From positions 1,012-65,011 of the forward strand of contig JAIOAS010000002.1 of NCBI GenBank assembly GCA_019873725.1: a stretch of DNA of 64,000 nucleotides, read 5' to 3'. Position 1 is the first letter of the stretch, and every line of letters starts with the position of its first letter. The translations under genes were made by a program, and so were the position numbers. This DNA is from Chloroflexota bacterium (lineage in GTDB: Bacteria; Chloroflexota; Anaerolineae; B4-G1; SLSP01). Under the pieces are notes generated by a model. The model was not told where the DNA came from. It saw only the letters and a list, made by a program, of their open reading frames with translations, and searched no databases. Below are positions 17,666-28,100 of this stretch, one piece after another.

Positions 17666-18382
17666 ATGAAACGACAACGACAACGACAACAACACAAACT
17701 CAAACGTCCCAGCTACATCTTACTGGCCGTCGGGATCATCTTCGGCGGTATTGTGTTGGCCGGTGGGGGGCGGCTGTATCGCTGGCTCACCGCGCCACGC
17801 ATTGATTTGCAGGCAACGCCGATTCCCACGGCGACTGCCTTGCCAGCACCCACGGCGACGCCGCGACCGGCCGGGTGGCAGGAACAACGAGACGCGCGCA
17901 GTGGGACGGTGTATCTCACCCCGCCAGCCGCCGAGGAACAGGCGTTGCGGACAGCGTTCGCCGTGCTGTTACAACGTACCCGCGTGGAAGCTGCCGATGA
18001 AGCGACGCTGCTGGCCTATGACTACGACGCCAGCATTGCCCAGGCGCGAGACTACGTGGCGGTGGACTTTGCCTGGCCCTTGCTGGACACGCCCTTCGTC
18101 TTCGTCCACACGGCGTTGGGGCCGGAGAATCCCATTCGCTGTGCTGATACGACGCATTGTTCTGTCACCCAGGCTGTGCTTGGCATCCAGGCCGTGCTCA
18201 TCTTTGATGCGGCGATGTGCCAATCATCGGGCAGTGCGCCGTGTCTGGCGCAGCTTGGCGATGACCAGATCGACGCGCGCGACAACCTGGTGACGGCGAC
18301 GTTTGTCCAGGATGCGGACGGCGGCTGGCGACTCACGGGCTGGGAGGCGCTGGCCTTGCCCACGCCGCCGGACACGTGGTAG
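17666..18382 (+). CDS. membrane-anchored hypothetical protein
   Basis: Basic N-terminus plus TM (ILLAVGIIFGGIVLAG). No recognisable domain. Confidence 0.45.
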   Translation: MKRQRQRQQHKLKRPSYILLAVGIIFGGIVLAGGGRLYRWLTAPRIDLQATPIPTATALPAPTATPRPAGWQEQRDARSGTVYLTPPAAEEQALRTAFAVLLQRTRVEAADEATLLAYDYDASIAQARDYVAVDFAWPLLDTPFVFVHTALGPENPIRCADTTHCSVTQAVLGIQAVLIFDAAMCQSSGSAPCLAQLGDDQIDARDNLVTATFVQDADGGWRLTGWEALALPTPPDTW

Positions 18383-18387
18383 AGGAG

Positions 18388-19875
18388 ATGAGTATGCACA
18401 CGAATGACAAACGCAAAACCGTTTTACGCATCGGCCTTCTGCTGCTGGTCACTGGACTGGCACTGTTGGCGCTGGCGGTGTTCGTCACCCCGGCAGGCGC
18501 GTGCTGTACGCCGCCGGAGAACAGTTGTTGCGGTGCTCCTACCAGTGGCTGCTTCAAGTGTGCCAGCGGTGGTTCTGGCGGTGGAGGAGGCGGTGGAAGT
18601 GCAACGCCGGTTCCCCCTGCACCAACGCCTGGCGAGGGTGGTGGCGGCGGCGGTACACCTGCGCCACCGCCTCCTACCGCGACACCGCCGGCGGGCTTGC
18701 CCGGTGGTGGTTTCTACCGGATGAGCTGCGACGCGCTGATTCCCGGCTGTCCCCACGACTGGACGGTGGTCTTGTGGTGGTGTATGCCGAGCGGCCAGTG
18801 CTACGTGGTGCAAGCGCGCTGTGCTGCCGCCGGGGAATGTGACCTGGCGACGCCCACGCCACGTCCCTCGCCAGAGCCAGGCGAGGGCAGTGAATGGCCG
18901 TGCGAAGATGTGCCCGATGTGTACCCTGGTGGCATTGACCAGACCTGCGATGACTGGCAGTGGAACATCGATGTGCAAGTCCAGATTCCGCCCGCGCAAG
19001 TGCTGCGCAATCCCTGGCCGCGTTCGCTGGTGGGCTTGCCAACCAAAATCTGGTACACCGGCGCGCCCAACCGTGTCGAAGCCTTTTCCACGGGCAAGGC
19101 GTTCCCCTGCAACGTGGACTACGGGGCAGCTTACAGCAGTACCGGCGATGTGCCGGCGTGTCCTTCACCGGTGGGTCAACCCACGGAAGGGACGCGGGTG
19201 AATCTGCAACTCGGCGCGGCCTGGCAACGCTGGACACAAGGGGCAGCAGGGGTGTACGGCTTCACCCCGCCGTATGCATCGCTGATCTCCGTGGGCGACC
19301 GCGCCTGGAATGGCGGCGGCAGTACCATACCGGGCAACTACCTGGAACACACCTTTCAGACTTCATCGTATGGCCTCACCGCCAACGGCCCGCGCTGGAA
19401 CCCGGACTGCCAGGACCGCAACTGTACCTGTGACGAACGGGTGCTGGCCTGGGATATGCCGGCGTATCAGGGCGGGGTGCAGACCTGGTGGTATCCGCAG
19501 TGGACGTGGAAGTACGACGAACTGCAATGCACACGCCGCGAGTGGGGCGACTGTTTCTACCGCGCCGAGCCGCCGTTGGGCATCTCCGCGCGCGGGTGCA
19601 GTTCCGGGGAACACACAGGGGAAGCCGACTGGTATCAGTTGGAACAATGCGTGGAATGGCGCTGGCGCAACATCACGGGGCCGCTGTTTGGCTGTTCTGG
19701 CGAGCAGCAAGGCGCGTGGTGCGTCTACGACTTGCGCAATCTTGGCTTTCAGCCAATGGTCACCTGGGCCGCCGCGCAGACTGCCGGGGCCGATGCCAAT
19801 GGGACGCAATGTGGCAGCTTCACGCCGGGTCTGGCGATTCCCGTCATCGAGGTGCAGGCGGTGTTAGAGCCGTGA
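18388..19875 (+). CDS. Cys/Trp-rich secreted or anchored hypothetical protein
   Basis: TM/signal (LLLLVTGLALLALAVFV), then CCTPPENSCCGAPTSGCFKCASGG, a poly-Gly/Pro linker, and more than 30 Cys and many Trp in the remainder. No known domain recognised. Start at 18388 or 18394. Confidence 0.45.
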   Translation: MSMHTNDKRKTVLRIGLLLLVTGLALLALAVFVTPAGACCTPPENSCCGAPTSGCFKCASGGSGGGGGGGSATPVPPAPTPGEGGGGGGTPAPPPPTATPPAGLPGGGFYRMSCDALIPGCPHDWTVVLWWCMPSGQCYVVQARCAAAGECDLATPTPRPSPEPGEGSEWPCEDVPDVYPGGIDQTCDDWQWNIDVQVQIPPAQVLRNPWPRSLVGLPTKIWYTGAPNRVEAFSTGKAFPCNVDYGAAYSSTGDVPACPSPVGQPTEGTRVNLQLGAAWQRWTQGAAGVYGFTPPYASLISVGDRAWNGGGSTIPGNYLEHTFQTSSYGLTANGPRWNPDCQDRNCTCDERVLAWDMPAYQGGVQTWWYPQWTWKYDELQCTRREWGDCFYRAEPPLGISARGCSSGEHTGEADWYQLEQCVEWRWRNITGPLFGCSGEQQGAWCVYDLRNLGFQPMVTWAAAQTAGADANGTQCGSFTPGLAIPVIEVQAVLEP

Positions 19876-20010
19876 GCTAGTTGCTGGTTGCTGGAAGCTC
19901 GAAGCTGGAAACTGGAAGCTGGAAAAGCCAGTGACCAGCAACCAGCAACCAGTAACCAGTAACCAGTAACCAGCTTCCAGCATCAAGTATCCAGCTTCAA
20001 GTATCAAGAA
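19876..20010. repeat. CTGGTTG/CTGGAAG inverted tandem-heptamer hairpin element
   Basis: gctagttgctggttgctggaagctcgaagctggaaactggaagctgg ... ccagtgaccagcaaccagcaaccagtaaccagtaaccagtaaccagcttccagc. Confidence 0.65.
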
Positions 20011-20030
20011 TCTCACAAGGAGGAACGTTT

Positions 20031-20420
20031 ATGAACAACATATCTTTATCAGGAACGGTGGTTCGGCGGCGGGTGTCGCCGGATCAGACGACGGTGTATC
20101 GGGTGCTGATCCCCCGTCAGCCGGGGATGTTACCGAATCCCGACGGCAAGAACTTCGACGCCATCGATGTGTGTTTCCCGCAAGCCGTGGGCAATGCGCC
20201 ATCGTGGCGGCAGGGTGACCAGGTGGAAGTGGCCGGGTTCTTGCAGCAGCGCGACACGCGGGAGAACCTGGTACACTTGCTACGGCGCGCCGAGGGCCTG
20301 GGCGATGCGGAGCGCAATGAACTCGCGGCGAACGCGCAGGGCTTTGTGCAACAGGCCAAGGTCGAGGTCGTGGCGACGCAGTGGCGGTTTTTGGGGAGGA
20401 GGGAGGAAGAGAGGAAGTAA
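20031..20420 (+). CDS. OB-fold (SSB/PriB-like?) hypothetical protein
   Basis: MNNISLSGTVVRR...YRVLI...DAIDVCF...GDQVEVAGFLQQR resembles the N-terminal beta-strands of SSB/PriB OB folds. Good RBS aaggagg. Confidence 0.3.
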   Translation: MNNISLSGTVVRRRVSPDQTTVYRVLIPRQPGMLPNPDGKNFDAIDVCFPQAVGNAPSWRQGDQVEVAGFLQQRDTRENLVHLLRRAEGLGDAERNELAANAQGFVQQAKVEVVATQWRFLGRREEERK

Positions 20421-20516
20421 CTCGACTTCAAGCAGCTTCGCACGTGCGGCTCTGTGGCTCTAGCCCTGGGCCTGATTTCAGATGTACCGGACGAAGCCCC
20501 TTCGCGTGCGTCACGC

Positions 20517-20567
20517 CACAAAAAAGTCGCCCCGGCTCAGGGATATACATCCCAGGAGACGGGGCTA
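20517..20567 (-). terminator. intrinsic terminator (minus strand) downstream of FGE remnant
   Basis: Minus-strand reading gccccgtctcctgggatgtatatccctgagccggggc followed by gacTTTTTTgtgg. Confidence 0.45.
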
Positions 20568-20699
20568 TTCTATCTTCGTCCGGCCTGTGGAGACCACAGG
20601 CGCGGCCAGGAGTCAGCCGCGCTTTCTCTCTGGGCGTTCGACTGACGCCGAACACCCTACCTCGGCCGCCAAGCCCGAAAGCCGGGCGGCATTTCTGGC

Positions 20700-20830
20700 A
20701 GAGCCGCAGAGAGGAATGAGCCGCCACACACACCCGCAACCCGGTGTCGTCGTTGTTGTCGTTGTTCCTGTTCCTGTGGTCGCGGCACGCGCAGCGGAGA
20801 GTTCGGCTGCCCCTACCCGCAACGGCGAAG
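20700..20830 (-). pseudogene. duplicated 3'-terminal remnant of the FGE-domain gene
   Basis: ~100 bp at ~85% identity to 20981-21075 (gagccgccacacacacccgcaacccgg...gtcgcggcacgcgcagcggaga). Minus-strand translation preserves the FGE C-terminal motif LRCACRD...GLRVCVAA. Confidence 0.45.
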
Positions 20831-20873
20831 TTGCAGGCAAGGGCACTATACGCCAGAGACAACAGATGTCAAA

Positions 20874-20921
20874 TGCCCAAAAAACCGTTTTGTAGCGGCC
20901 CAAGGGGGGTACCCCCCCTTG
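20874..20921 (-). terminator. terminator-like palindromes after CHAT-FGE gene
   Basis: caaggggggtacccccccttgg (G6-TA-C7 palindrome) plus the adjacent caaaacggttttttgg hairpin/T-tract on the minus strand. Confidence 0.4.
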
Positions 20922-20957
20922 GAACCCCCCAAGACCAAAGAACCAAAGGCCAAAGAT

Positions 20958-23327
20958 TCAAAGGGCAAAGGTGTGAGAGAAAGGAGCCGCCACACACACC
21001 CGCAACCCGGCGTCGACGTTGAGGTCGAAGTTCCCGAACCTGAGGTCGCGGCACGCGCAGCGGAGATACTCCTGGCTGTTCCAATATGCCCCGCCCCGCG
21101 CAACACGGTAATCATTCGAGCGCATATCCTCGCGCCCGTCGTCGGGCCGGTAAGGGTAGGTGAACTGCGGCCCCTTCCATTTCGGCCCCCAGCGCGTGCT
21201 CGTCCACTCCCACACATTGCCCGCCATGTCCGCGCACCCGTAGGGGCTGTCCCCCTGCGGCGAATACCGTCCCACTGGCGTGGTGCCTTTCACATTGTTG
21301 CCAAAATTGCACAATCGCTCTGTCGGCGGATCATCGCCCCACGGCCAGGTCCGTCCATCCGTCCCCCGCGCCGCTTTCTCCCATTCCGCCTCCGTCGGCA
21401 GGCGAACAATGCAAGAAGCGCGCGGCAGCTCTTCTGTCACCAGAATACCCCCGCGCCACACCTTGATCTTGCATCCGGCGTCTTGTATCTTTTCTGTCAG
21501 CCATTTGCAGTAGGCCACCGCCTCTTTCCAGTAAAGGCCTCTCACCGGGTGCTCGTCCTGGCCGAAGGGAAACTGCTTATTTTTCCAATAATACGGCGTC
21601 CTATCATGTCCCGTCTCCTGCACGAAAACCCCATACTGCGCGTTCGTCACCGGGTACTTGCCGATATAATACTCCGGCAGGTCAATAGTTCGCTGCGGCG
21701 TTTCCCACTCAAACTTGTACCAGTATGGTTCCTTAACCTGCCTGCGCAGCGCCGCCGCCTGTTGCGCCGTCGTGCCCATCCAGAACTTCCCCTTCGGGAC
21801 AAAAACCAACTCCGGCTCCCAACCCAGGCGCGGCTCCACGCCCTGGCGTGGTTCCTCCCGCCGATCGGGCTGTACTTTCCCTGCCGTTTCCTTCGGCTCC
21901 TTTCCCCCGGACGGCTGCACCTCCGTCGGCGACGTCGGCTCCTCCCGTGGCCGGCGAAGCATATCGATAAACCCATCCACCTTGATAGCCGTACTGGCGC
22001 TTTTCTCACCGGCTTTTTCACCAAGGCGGAACATCAAATCGCCGAACAACAACATCCAGGGAAGATCGCGCCGCACCTGCGCCAGTGTGGGATTATCGGC
22101 CAATCTGTCGAGCAAAACTCCGGCAATTTCGCGGAAAACGGCGCTGCGGGAAGGATCGTCCCGCCATGCTGCAAGCTGGGTGCGGATCGAGGGCCAGAAC
22201 TTCGGCAGTTCTATGTCGGCGGCTTGCACCCGTCCAGATTCGTTCACATGGAGCCAGAGTTGCCCATCTTCGCGCCGCATAAAGAGCGTTGGCACATAGG
22301 CATCGCTGCACCAGGCCGCATCCAGAGTGCGGCGCGCCGCATTCAGCGCGCGATCCACTACCCCGTCCAGCATCAGTTTTTTGTAGAAAATCGGCGTCAT
22401 ACGCCGCGCCGTGTCGATGTCCACAAAGTCCTGCATCGCCACCACTGCCGGGACACCAGCTTCGATCAGCCTCGGACCTAACCCGGCAAAAGCGTCCAAA
22501 GTTGCGCGCGTCGCGCTGTGACAGGCCGCCAGAAAGACCAGGCGCGGGCGCTTCTCCCCCTGCCGCTGAATAAGGGTGGCGAACTCCTTATCATCGACGC
22601 GCTTCACCTTACCATCATCGCCCTGCAAATAGAGCGCGGCCTGCCCGCTTTTCTGGCTGACACTTCCATGCCCCACAAAGTGCAGCACGTGATAGCCGTC
22701 ACCTTCACCGAGCGCCTCATTCAGGCGATCCAGTGTGATAGGGGCGGGAAGAGGCGTCACCTCGACGAACCGCATACCCCCTTTTTTCTTCGGGGGCAGA
22801 AAGTCAACAAAAGCTTCCTGCACCAACGCGTGTTCCTTCGCCACATCGATCTGCATCAGCCCGAGTTTGTCCTGCAAATCATCAGGATTCGAAACAACGA
22901 CCAGCACCCGAATGGGGTGAGCAGGGAGCAAGTCAGGCCGGGGAAGAGACAGAGGCAGGTGGCGTGAGAAAGGGGTCTTGTCGTCGGTTGCCAGCCAGAC
23001 ATCGCCGTCGCGCAGCAATTCCCAGGGCAGGCTATGGAGCTCGGCAGCGCCCGGCTCAATCCACAAACGAATCCGACGTTGCTCGTGACGGGCGCGCGCC
23101 GCCACCCACATATCGTGCAATCCAGGATCGGCAAAGAGCGCCGTAAAGAGGTCTTTTCCGTACTGCACCGGATCGCCACCGCTTCCCCAGAGGGGCAGGC
23201 CCTGCGTCGAGAAATCCCCGCTACACTCGCCGCCCTCCCCAAGTTTGACCGTCACATGATACACTCCCGTTCCCTTGGGAGCAATGCGAATTTCGAAATC
23301 CCAGAAAGCTTCCGGCGTCGTCTCCAT
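20958..23327 (-). CDS. CHAT (caspase-like) protease domain fused to FGE/SUMF1 (formylglycine-generating-enzyme-like) domain
   Basis: CHAT: HFVGHGSVSQKSG...LVFLAACHSA (His/Cys dyad). FGE C-terminus: GNVWEWT...YRVARGGAYWNSQEYLRCACRDLR...GLRVCVAA. Start METTPEAFWDFEIRI with RBS ggaggt 8 nt upstream. The ORF-track start at 23408 is probably an upstream extension. Confidence 0.75.
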   Translation of the reverse strand: METTPEAFWDFEIRIAPKGTGVYHVTVKLGEGGECSGDFSTQGLPLWGSGGDPVQYGKDLFTALFADPGLHDMWVAARARHEQRRIRLWIEPGAAELHSLPWELLRDGDVWLATDDKTPFSRHLPLSLPRPDLLPAHPIRVLVVVSNPDDLQDKLGLMQIDVAKEHALVQEAFVDFLPPKKKGGMRFVEVTPLPAPITLDRLNEALGEGDGYHVLHFVGHGSVSQKSGQAALYLQGDDGKVKRVDDKEFATLIQRQGEKRPRLVFLAACHSATRATLDAFAGLGPRLIEAGVPAVVAMQDFVDIDTARRMTPIFYKKLMLDGVVDRALNAARRTLDAAWCSDAYVPTLFMRREDGQLWLHVNESGRVQAADIELPKFWPSIRTQLAAWRDDPSRSAVFREIAGVLLDRLADNPTLAQVRRDLPWMLLFGDLMFRLGEKAGEKSASTAIKVDGFIDMLRRPREEPTSPTEVQPSGGKEPKETAGKVQPDRREEPRQGVEPRLGWEPELVFVPKGKFWMGTTAQQAAALRRQVKEPYWYKFEWETPQRTIDLPEYYIGKYPVTNAQYGVFVQETGHDRTPYYWKNKQFPFGQDEHPVRGLYWKEAVAYCKWLTEKIQDAGCKIKVWRGGILVTEELPRASCIVRLPTEAEWEKAARGTDGRTWPWGDDPPTERLCNFGNNVKGTTPVGRYSPQGDSPYGCADMAGNVWEWTSTRWGPKWKGPQFTYPYRPDDGREDMRSNDYRVARGGAYWNSQEYLRCACRDLRFGNFDLNVDAGLRVCVAAPFSHTFAL

Positions 23328-23502
23328 ACCCCTTACCTCCAAACACTCCACGCCCACGCCCAATCCACCGATCTGCCTATAAGTATACCCATCCTCCCAC
23401 CCGCGCAACTCCTCTCCCCATATCTAGCGCCCCCTTCTTGCCTCCTTGCTTCTTCCCCGTTATACTAGGGGCATAACATTTGGCGTAACGAGGAACAGCG
23501 TG

Positions 23503-24963
23503 ATGCGCACAGACTTGCTTTACTTCAACGGCATTGACGGCGATACCGGCAGCTACGACCTGCCCCCGATGTCCGCCGAGGAACTCGCCAAGGTAATCCT
23601 CGGTGAAGCGACTCCCCAAAATATCCTTGAATTACGCAGGCGGCATGAGCGGGAAACGGCCAAGCATCTAGGCCCGGAGGTGGATCCCAACAAGCTGGAT
23701 GAAGCAGGCTGGGGCGTGATCTTCCCCAAATACCCGGAAGAGGAACGCCAGAAAAAGGTGGAGGCGATCCGCGAGGCACTTCAGCCGCTGCTCCAATTGC
23801 GCGAGCAACAGGCCGGTGAACGCTTCGCCGCGTGGTGTCAGGGCACGGGCAAAGACTTTCAGATCGGTGATGACAAGAACAAAAACAAATATCTGGCGCG
23901 GCAAGGTATGGGGCCTGGCCCCGCCGATCCGAATATAGTGCCTTACTATCTGTTGATCGTGGGTAGCCCGGCCGACATCCCCTACGAATTCCAATCGCAA
24001 CTCGATGTCGATTATTTCGTTGGGCGCATCCACTTCGAGACGCCAGACGAATACGCAGCCTACGCCGCCAACGTCGTGGCAGCCGAGACAGGTCCAAAGA
24101 AGCAGGCGCGCAAAGCCGCATTCTTCAGTGTGGCCAATTCCCACGATCGCGCTACTCAACTTGGCGATACCAAACTCACCCAGCCACTAGCTGACAAGAT
24201 GCGCACCGGCTATCCTGATTGGGCTGTGCAGTTGTATCCGCCAGACCAGGCGTACAAAGCGACGTTGGCCTCGCTGTTGGGCGGCGCAGAGACACCGGCC
24301 TTCCTCTTTACGTCCAGTCACGGGATGAAGTTCGCCAAAGGTAGCCCACGCCAGCTTTCGCACCAGGGTGCGCTGCTCTGCCAGGATTGGCCCGGCCCGG
24401 AGGAGTGGACAAAACCCCTCATCCCTCAAGACTTCTACTTTGCAGGTGACGACTTGACGTCAGCCGCCGACCTGCATGGACTGGTTGCCTTTTTCTTCGC
24501 CTGTTACGGCGGCGGCACACCGCTCTGTGACGGGTTCGCCCGGCAAGCCCACCCGGGCGGCACATCTACCACGCGCTTCGAGATAGCCCCCTATCCTTTC
24601 CTGGCGCAGTTGCCGGTAAAGATGCTAGGCCGGTCACACGGAGCACTCGCCGTAGTCGGTCATGTGGACCGCGCCTGGGGTTGCTCTTTTGAGTGGGGCG
24701 CAGCAGAAACGCAGACGACCGTCTTCGAGGGCGCAGTGGAGCGGCTGCTCAAAGGCTATCCCATCGGCTGGGCGATTCAATACTTTAACAATCGTTATGC
24801 CAGTCTCGCCGTTATGCTAAATGATGAGCTTAGAGAGATCGACTTCGGGAAGCGCTATGATCCGCCCAAGCTGGCAGAGCTGTGGATAGCCAACAACGAC
24901 GCGCGTGGCTATGCGATCATCGGCGACCCAGCCGTAAGGCTGCCGGTGGACAAAGCCCCCTGA
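23503..24963 (+). CDS. caspase-like (clan CD) cysteine peptidase-domain protein
   Basis: Putative His/Cys dyad FLFTSSHGM ... VAFFFACYGGGT in the order and spacing typical of caspase/gingipain/clostripain folds. Divergently transcribed from the CHAT-FGE gene. Confidence 0.5.
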   Translation: MRTDLLYFNGIDGDTGSYDLPPMSAEELAKVILGEATPQNILELRRRHERETAKHLGPEVDPNKLDEAGWGVIFPKYPEEERQKKVEAIREALQPLLQLREQQAGERFAAWCQGTGKDFQIGDDKNKNKYLARQGMGPGPADPNIVPYYLLIVGSPADIPYEFQSQLDVDYFVGRIHFETPDEYAAYAANVVAAETGPKKQARKAAFFSVANSHDRATQLGDTKLTQPLADKMRTGYPDWAVQLYPPDQAYKATLASLLGGAETPAFLFTSSHGMKFAKGSPRQLSHQGALLCQDWPGPEEWTKPLIPQDFYFAGDDLTSAADLHGLVAFFFACYGGGTPLCDGFARQAHPGGTSTTRFEIAPYPFLAQLPVKMLGRSHGALAVVGHVDRAWGCSFEWGAAETQTTVFEGAVERLLKGYPIGWAIQYFNNRYASLAVMLNDELREIDFGKRYDPPKLAELWIANNDARGYAIIGDPAVRLPVDKAP

Positions 24964-25133
24964 GCCTGCGGGCTGCACCCCCTCCCCAGCTTGCAGGGCT
25001 TCGTGCTTTTGACCCTGTGATTCCAGCCCTGGGCCATCACCCTCACTCCCCAACTCCGCGATCACACCCGCACCGACATCGACTTCGACCCACGGTCCGC
25101 CAGCGGCGCCGTTAGCGCAGGTTATCTGTACCC

Positions 25134-28100
25134 TCAGCGGTTTCGACACACGAGCGGCAGATAGACGCGCAGCGGAGAGTAGCCGACAGCCTGTACCTCC
25201 AGTGTGCGTTGCGGCTGTAGAGGGTCGGTGCTGCTGATCCACAGCGTGGTTGTGACCGGCCCGACCTCCGCCGGACGGAAGTCCACCATGGCCGTGCAGA
25301 ATGCGCCCGGCGCCAGCGTTGCCAGCGTGCAGTTGTCTTGCGCCAGGCGGAAGCGGGACGCCGCCGCGCCCTCAAAGAGCATGGTGCGCACTGTGAGGTC
25401 GAGGCCCCCGCTGTTGGTCAGTGTGAAGGGGGTGCGCGCGTACGACAAGCCGACAGCGGCTTGCCCGGCATCGAGCGGGCCGGAGGGGCTGAGGGTCAGC
25501 GCGGGCGGATCGGCTGCACTGAAACTCCAGCTCCTGGTGTTGTTGATCGTGTTCGTGTCGGTGGGCACCACGTCGCTTACTTCACCCCTGAAGGTATAGC
25601 TGCCTGGAGCAGTCGGCGCGAAGGTCGCGCTCAGGTCGTGCCGCTCGAATGGCGTGAGGTGGAGCGTGCTGCGGGCCAGCAGTGTCTCGCCGCCGGTGGG
25701 CGGCGTCACGTACAGACTGAGTGTCGCGGTCACCGGCGCGCCCGTGTTGTGCAGGCGCAGAACGACTGTGTTCGTCATGCCGCGGGCCAGCGTTACCGGA
25801 GCGCTCGTGGTTGGATCGCGCTGCGGTGGCTGCACGCGCAGCGCATCGGCCGGCAGTGCCAGGTCCACCGTCGGCATGGACGCGACTGTCACCTGCACTG
25901 AGGCGCTGACCATCACACCCGCGCTGTCCGCCGCCTCATAGGTCAGCGTATGCGTGCCCGTCGGCAGAAGCACGCCGCTCAAGTTCGGGCCGCTGCCCAG
26001 CGTGCCGGTGGCCGTGCGCCACGTCCCGGTCATCACGATCCCGTCTTCCGGGTCGTAGACGCTGGCCTGGAGCGTCCAGCGCGTCTCCGGCTCGCCGCAC
26101 GCACCGTCTTCTGGCGACCAGATGGCGATCGTGGGTGGCAGGTTGGGTCTCGTCAGCTCGTCAACCTGCCCGGCTGCCAGGCGAAAGCCGTCGGATGCGG
26201 TCACACGCAGCGCCAGATTGTCGCTCACCGGCAGGGCGTTCACCGGCAGCACGACGTGGTCGCCCTCGACCGGCAGGCCGAGCGCCGACCACGTGACACC
26301 GCCGTCGGTGCTGTACTGTACCAGGTTCTGCAGCGGTTGGCCCGCGGGCATATCGCCGGTGGTTTGCCAGCGCAGGGTGAAGGTGACGGCGTCTCCTGAG
26401 CCAGGCAGCGTTGTCCCGGTCACAGGCTCCAGGATTTGTGTGGTCAACGGGCCTGAACCGCTAAAGACTGCTATCGCCGGGCCGGTGTAGGGGTCGTAGG
26501 CTAATTCTAACTGCGGCGGGTCGCTGTAAAGGTTGACGGTCGCCAAGAACGCATCGTAGTCGCGCCCGGCGTCACGGCCCGGAATGGCGTTGCTCAACAG
26601 GACAAAAGATGGAAATCCGGCATCATCGTAGCGCAGGTAGAGGTAACTGAAGTCGCTGTACGAGCAGAGTGGCAGGCCGCTTGACGTGCTCGCCTCAGCC
26701 GTCGTCGCTGCGCTCTGGGTCGGGCTCACAGACGACAGCATCGCAGTTGCCGGCGCCGGAAGTTCTACGATGCGGACCGTATCCGGGATCAGTTCAAAAT
26801 CGAGGCACAGTTCCCGCGTGTATCCCTGCGTAGTTCCAAGTGTCTCGACCCGCCGCGTCTGTCCTGAGATGACCAGCGTGCGTTGGGCTGATGGTGCGCC
26901 AGCAATACCCGTCGCTGTCACTAACGGCGTCAGGGTGCCGAAATACGTCCTAAATGCGTTCACCGTGCTGATGCTGGGCCACCGGTTCAACAATCCCGCG
27001 CCCATGATGTCGTACCACATCGGATTGTCGGTCGCCCAGTAGACGTTGTTGCCCGGAAGGTGACACACGCGACCGGCATCGCACGCCGAGAAGAAGCCGT
27101 TGATGGTTGCACTGCTGGTGGACGGCATGTCCAGGAACACGGTTACGTCTTCCAGCGGCATTCCCAGGTCGGGATAGTTGGGCCAGTTGTACTGTTCGAC
27201 TGTGTTGTACAGCCCGATGCCGTGCCCCATCTCGTGGAAAACGGCCTCCGGCTTGTCCTCGTCCACGAAGATCACTCCGCGGCGCAGCGCCATGCTCGCG
27301 CCGTCGGCTCCTCCTATTGAGCCATGCGGCATCACCGCCACGATAAAGTCGGTTACATCCTGCGGTTGCCCGTATTTGGCCGCATAGGCGTTCAGAAAGG
27401 CGCGCCGTCCCGCCAACTGTGTAGACAAGGAGTTCAGCAGCCCGGTGGTGGTCCAGTGCGTTGTCTTGTGCACCAGAGGCGGCAGCAGGCGCACGTTGAC
27501 CCTGTTGGCGGGAATGGGAAACATGGCCGGGAGGGCGCTTTCCAGCACCGCGGCCACCGGCCCCGCTTTCGCCGCGCCGGACGGAAGCTGGATGGGGATC
27601 ACGGCAATGCGCAGTTCGCGGGCGGGCGGCGCCTGGAAATAGAGCGTCCCCGGCAAGCCGCTCAGTTGCGTCAGGCTGCCTGTACCGCCATAGCCGGTCA
27701 CCCCGCTTGTATCCAACCACACTTCCAGCGTGGCGGCGCTTTTATCGGTGGGCGGCAGGATGAAGTTGACGGTGCTGCGTCCCAGGTTGTTGCCGTTCCG
27801 GCCATAGTCTATGCTGTCGCGGTGCAGCGTCAGACTGCTGCCAGCGGTGGGTTCCACGGTCTGCCCGTCAAACACGGCATAGACATGCACATTGTTTACG
27901 GTGCGGTCGTTGGTGACCAGGTTCAGGCTCAGCAACGTCTCCTTGCCCTGGACTAACTCCCCGGCCCCCGAGGTCCCATATCTCCCCACACTCTGCAGTA
28001 CACGGTAGAAGGGAGAGCCGAGGTAGTTGTTGAGCCAGAACGACGGGAAGACATCCGTATCAGTGCACCAGCGGCCCGTGACGTTAGCTGGCGCCACCTC

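Noticed and set aside
20919-22481. 520-aa plus-strand ORF
   Set aside because: It lies entirely antisense to the CHAT-FGE gene. The product is Arg/Pro-rich low complexity, typical of a GC-rich shadow frame, with no RBS.
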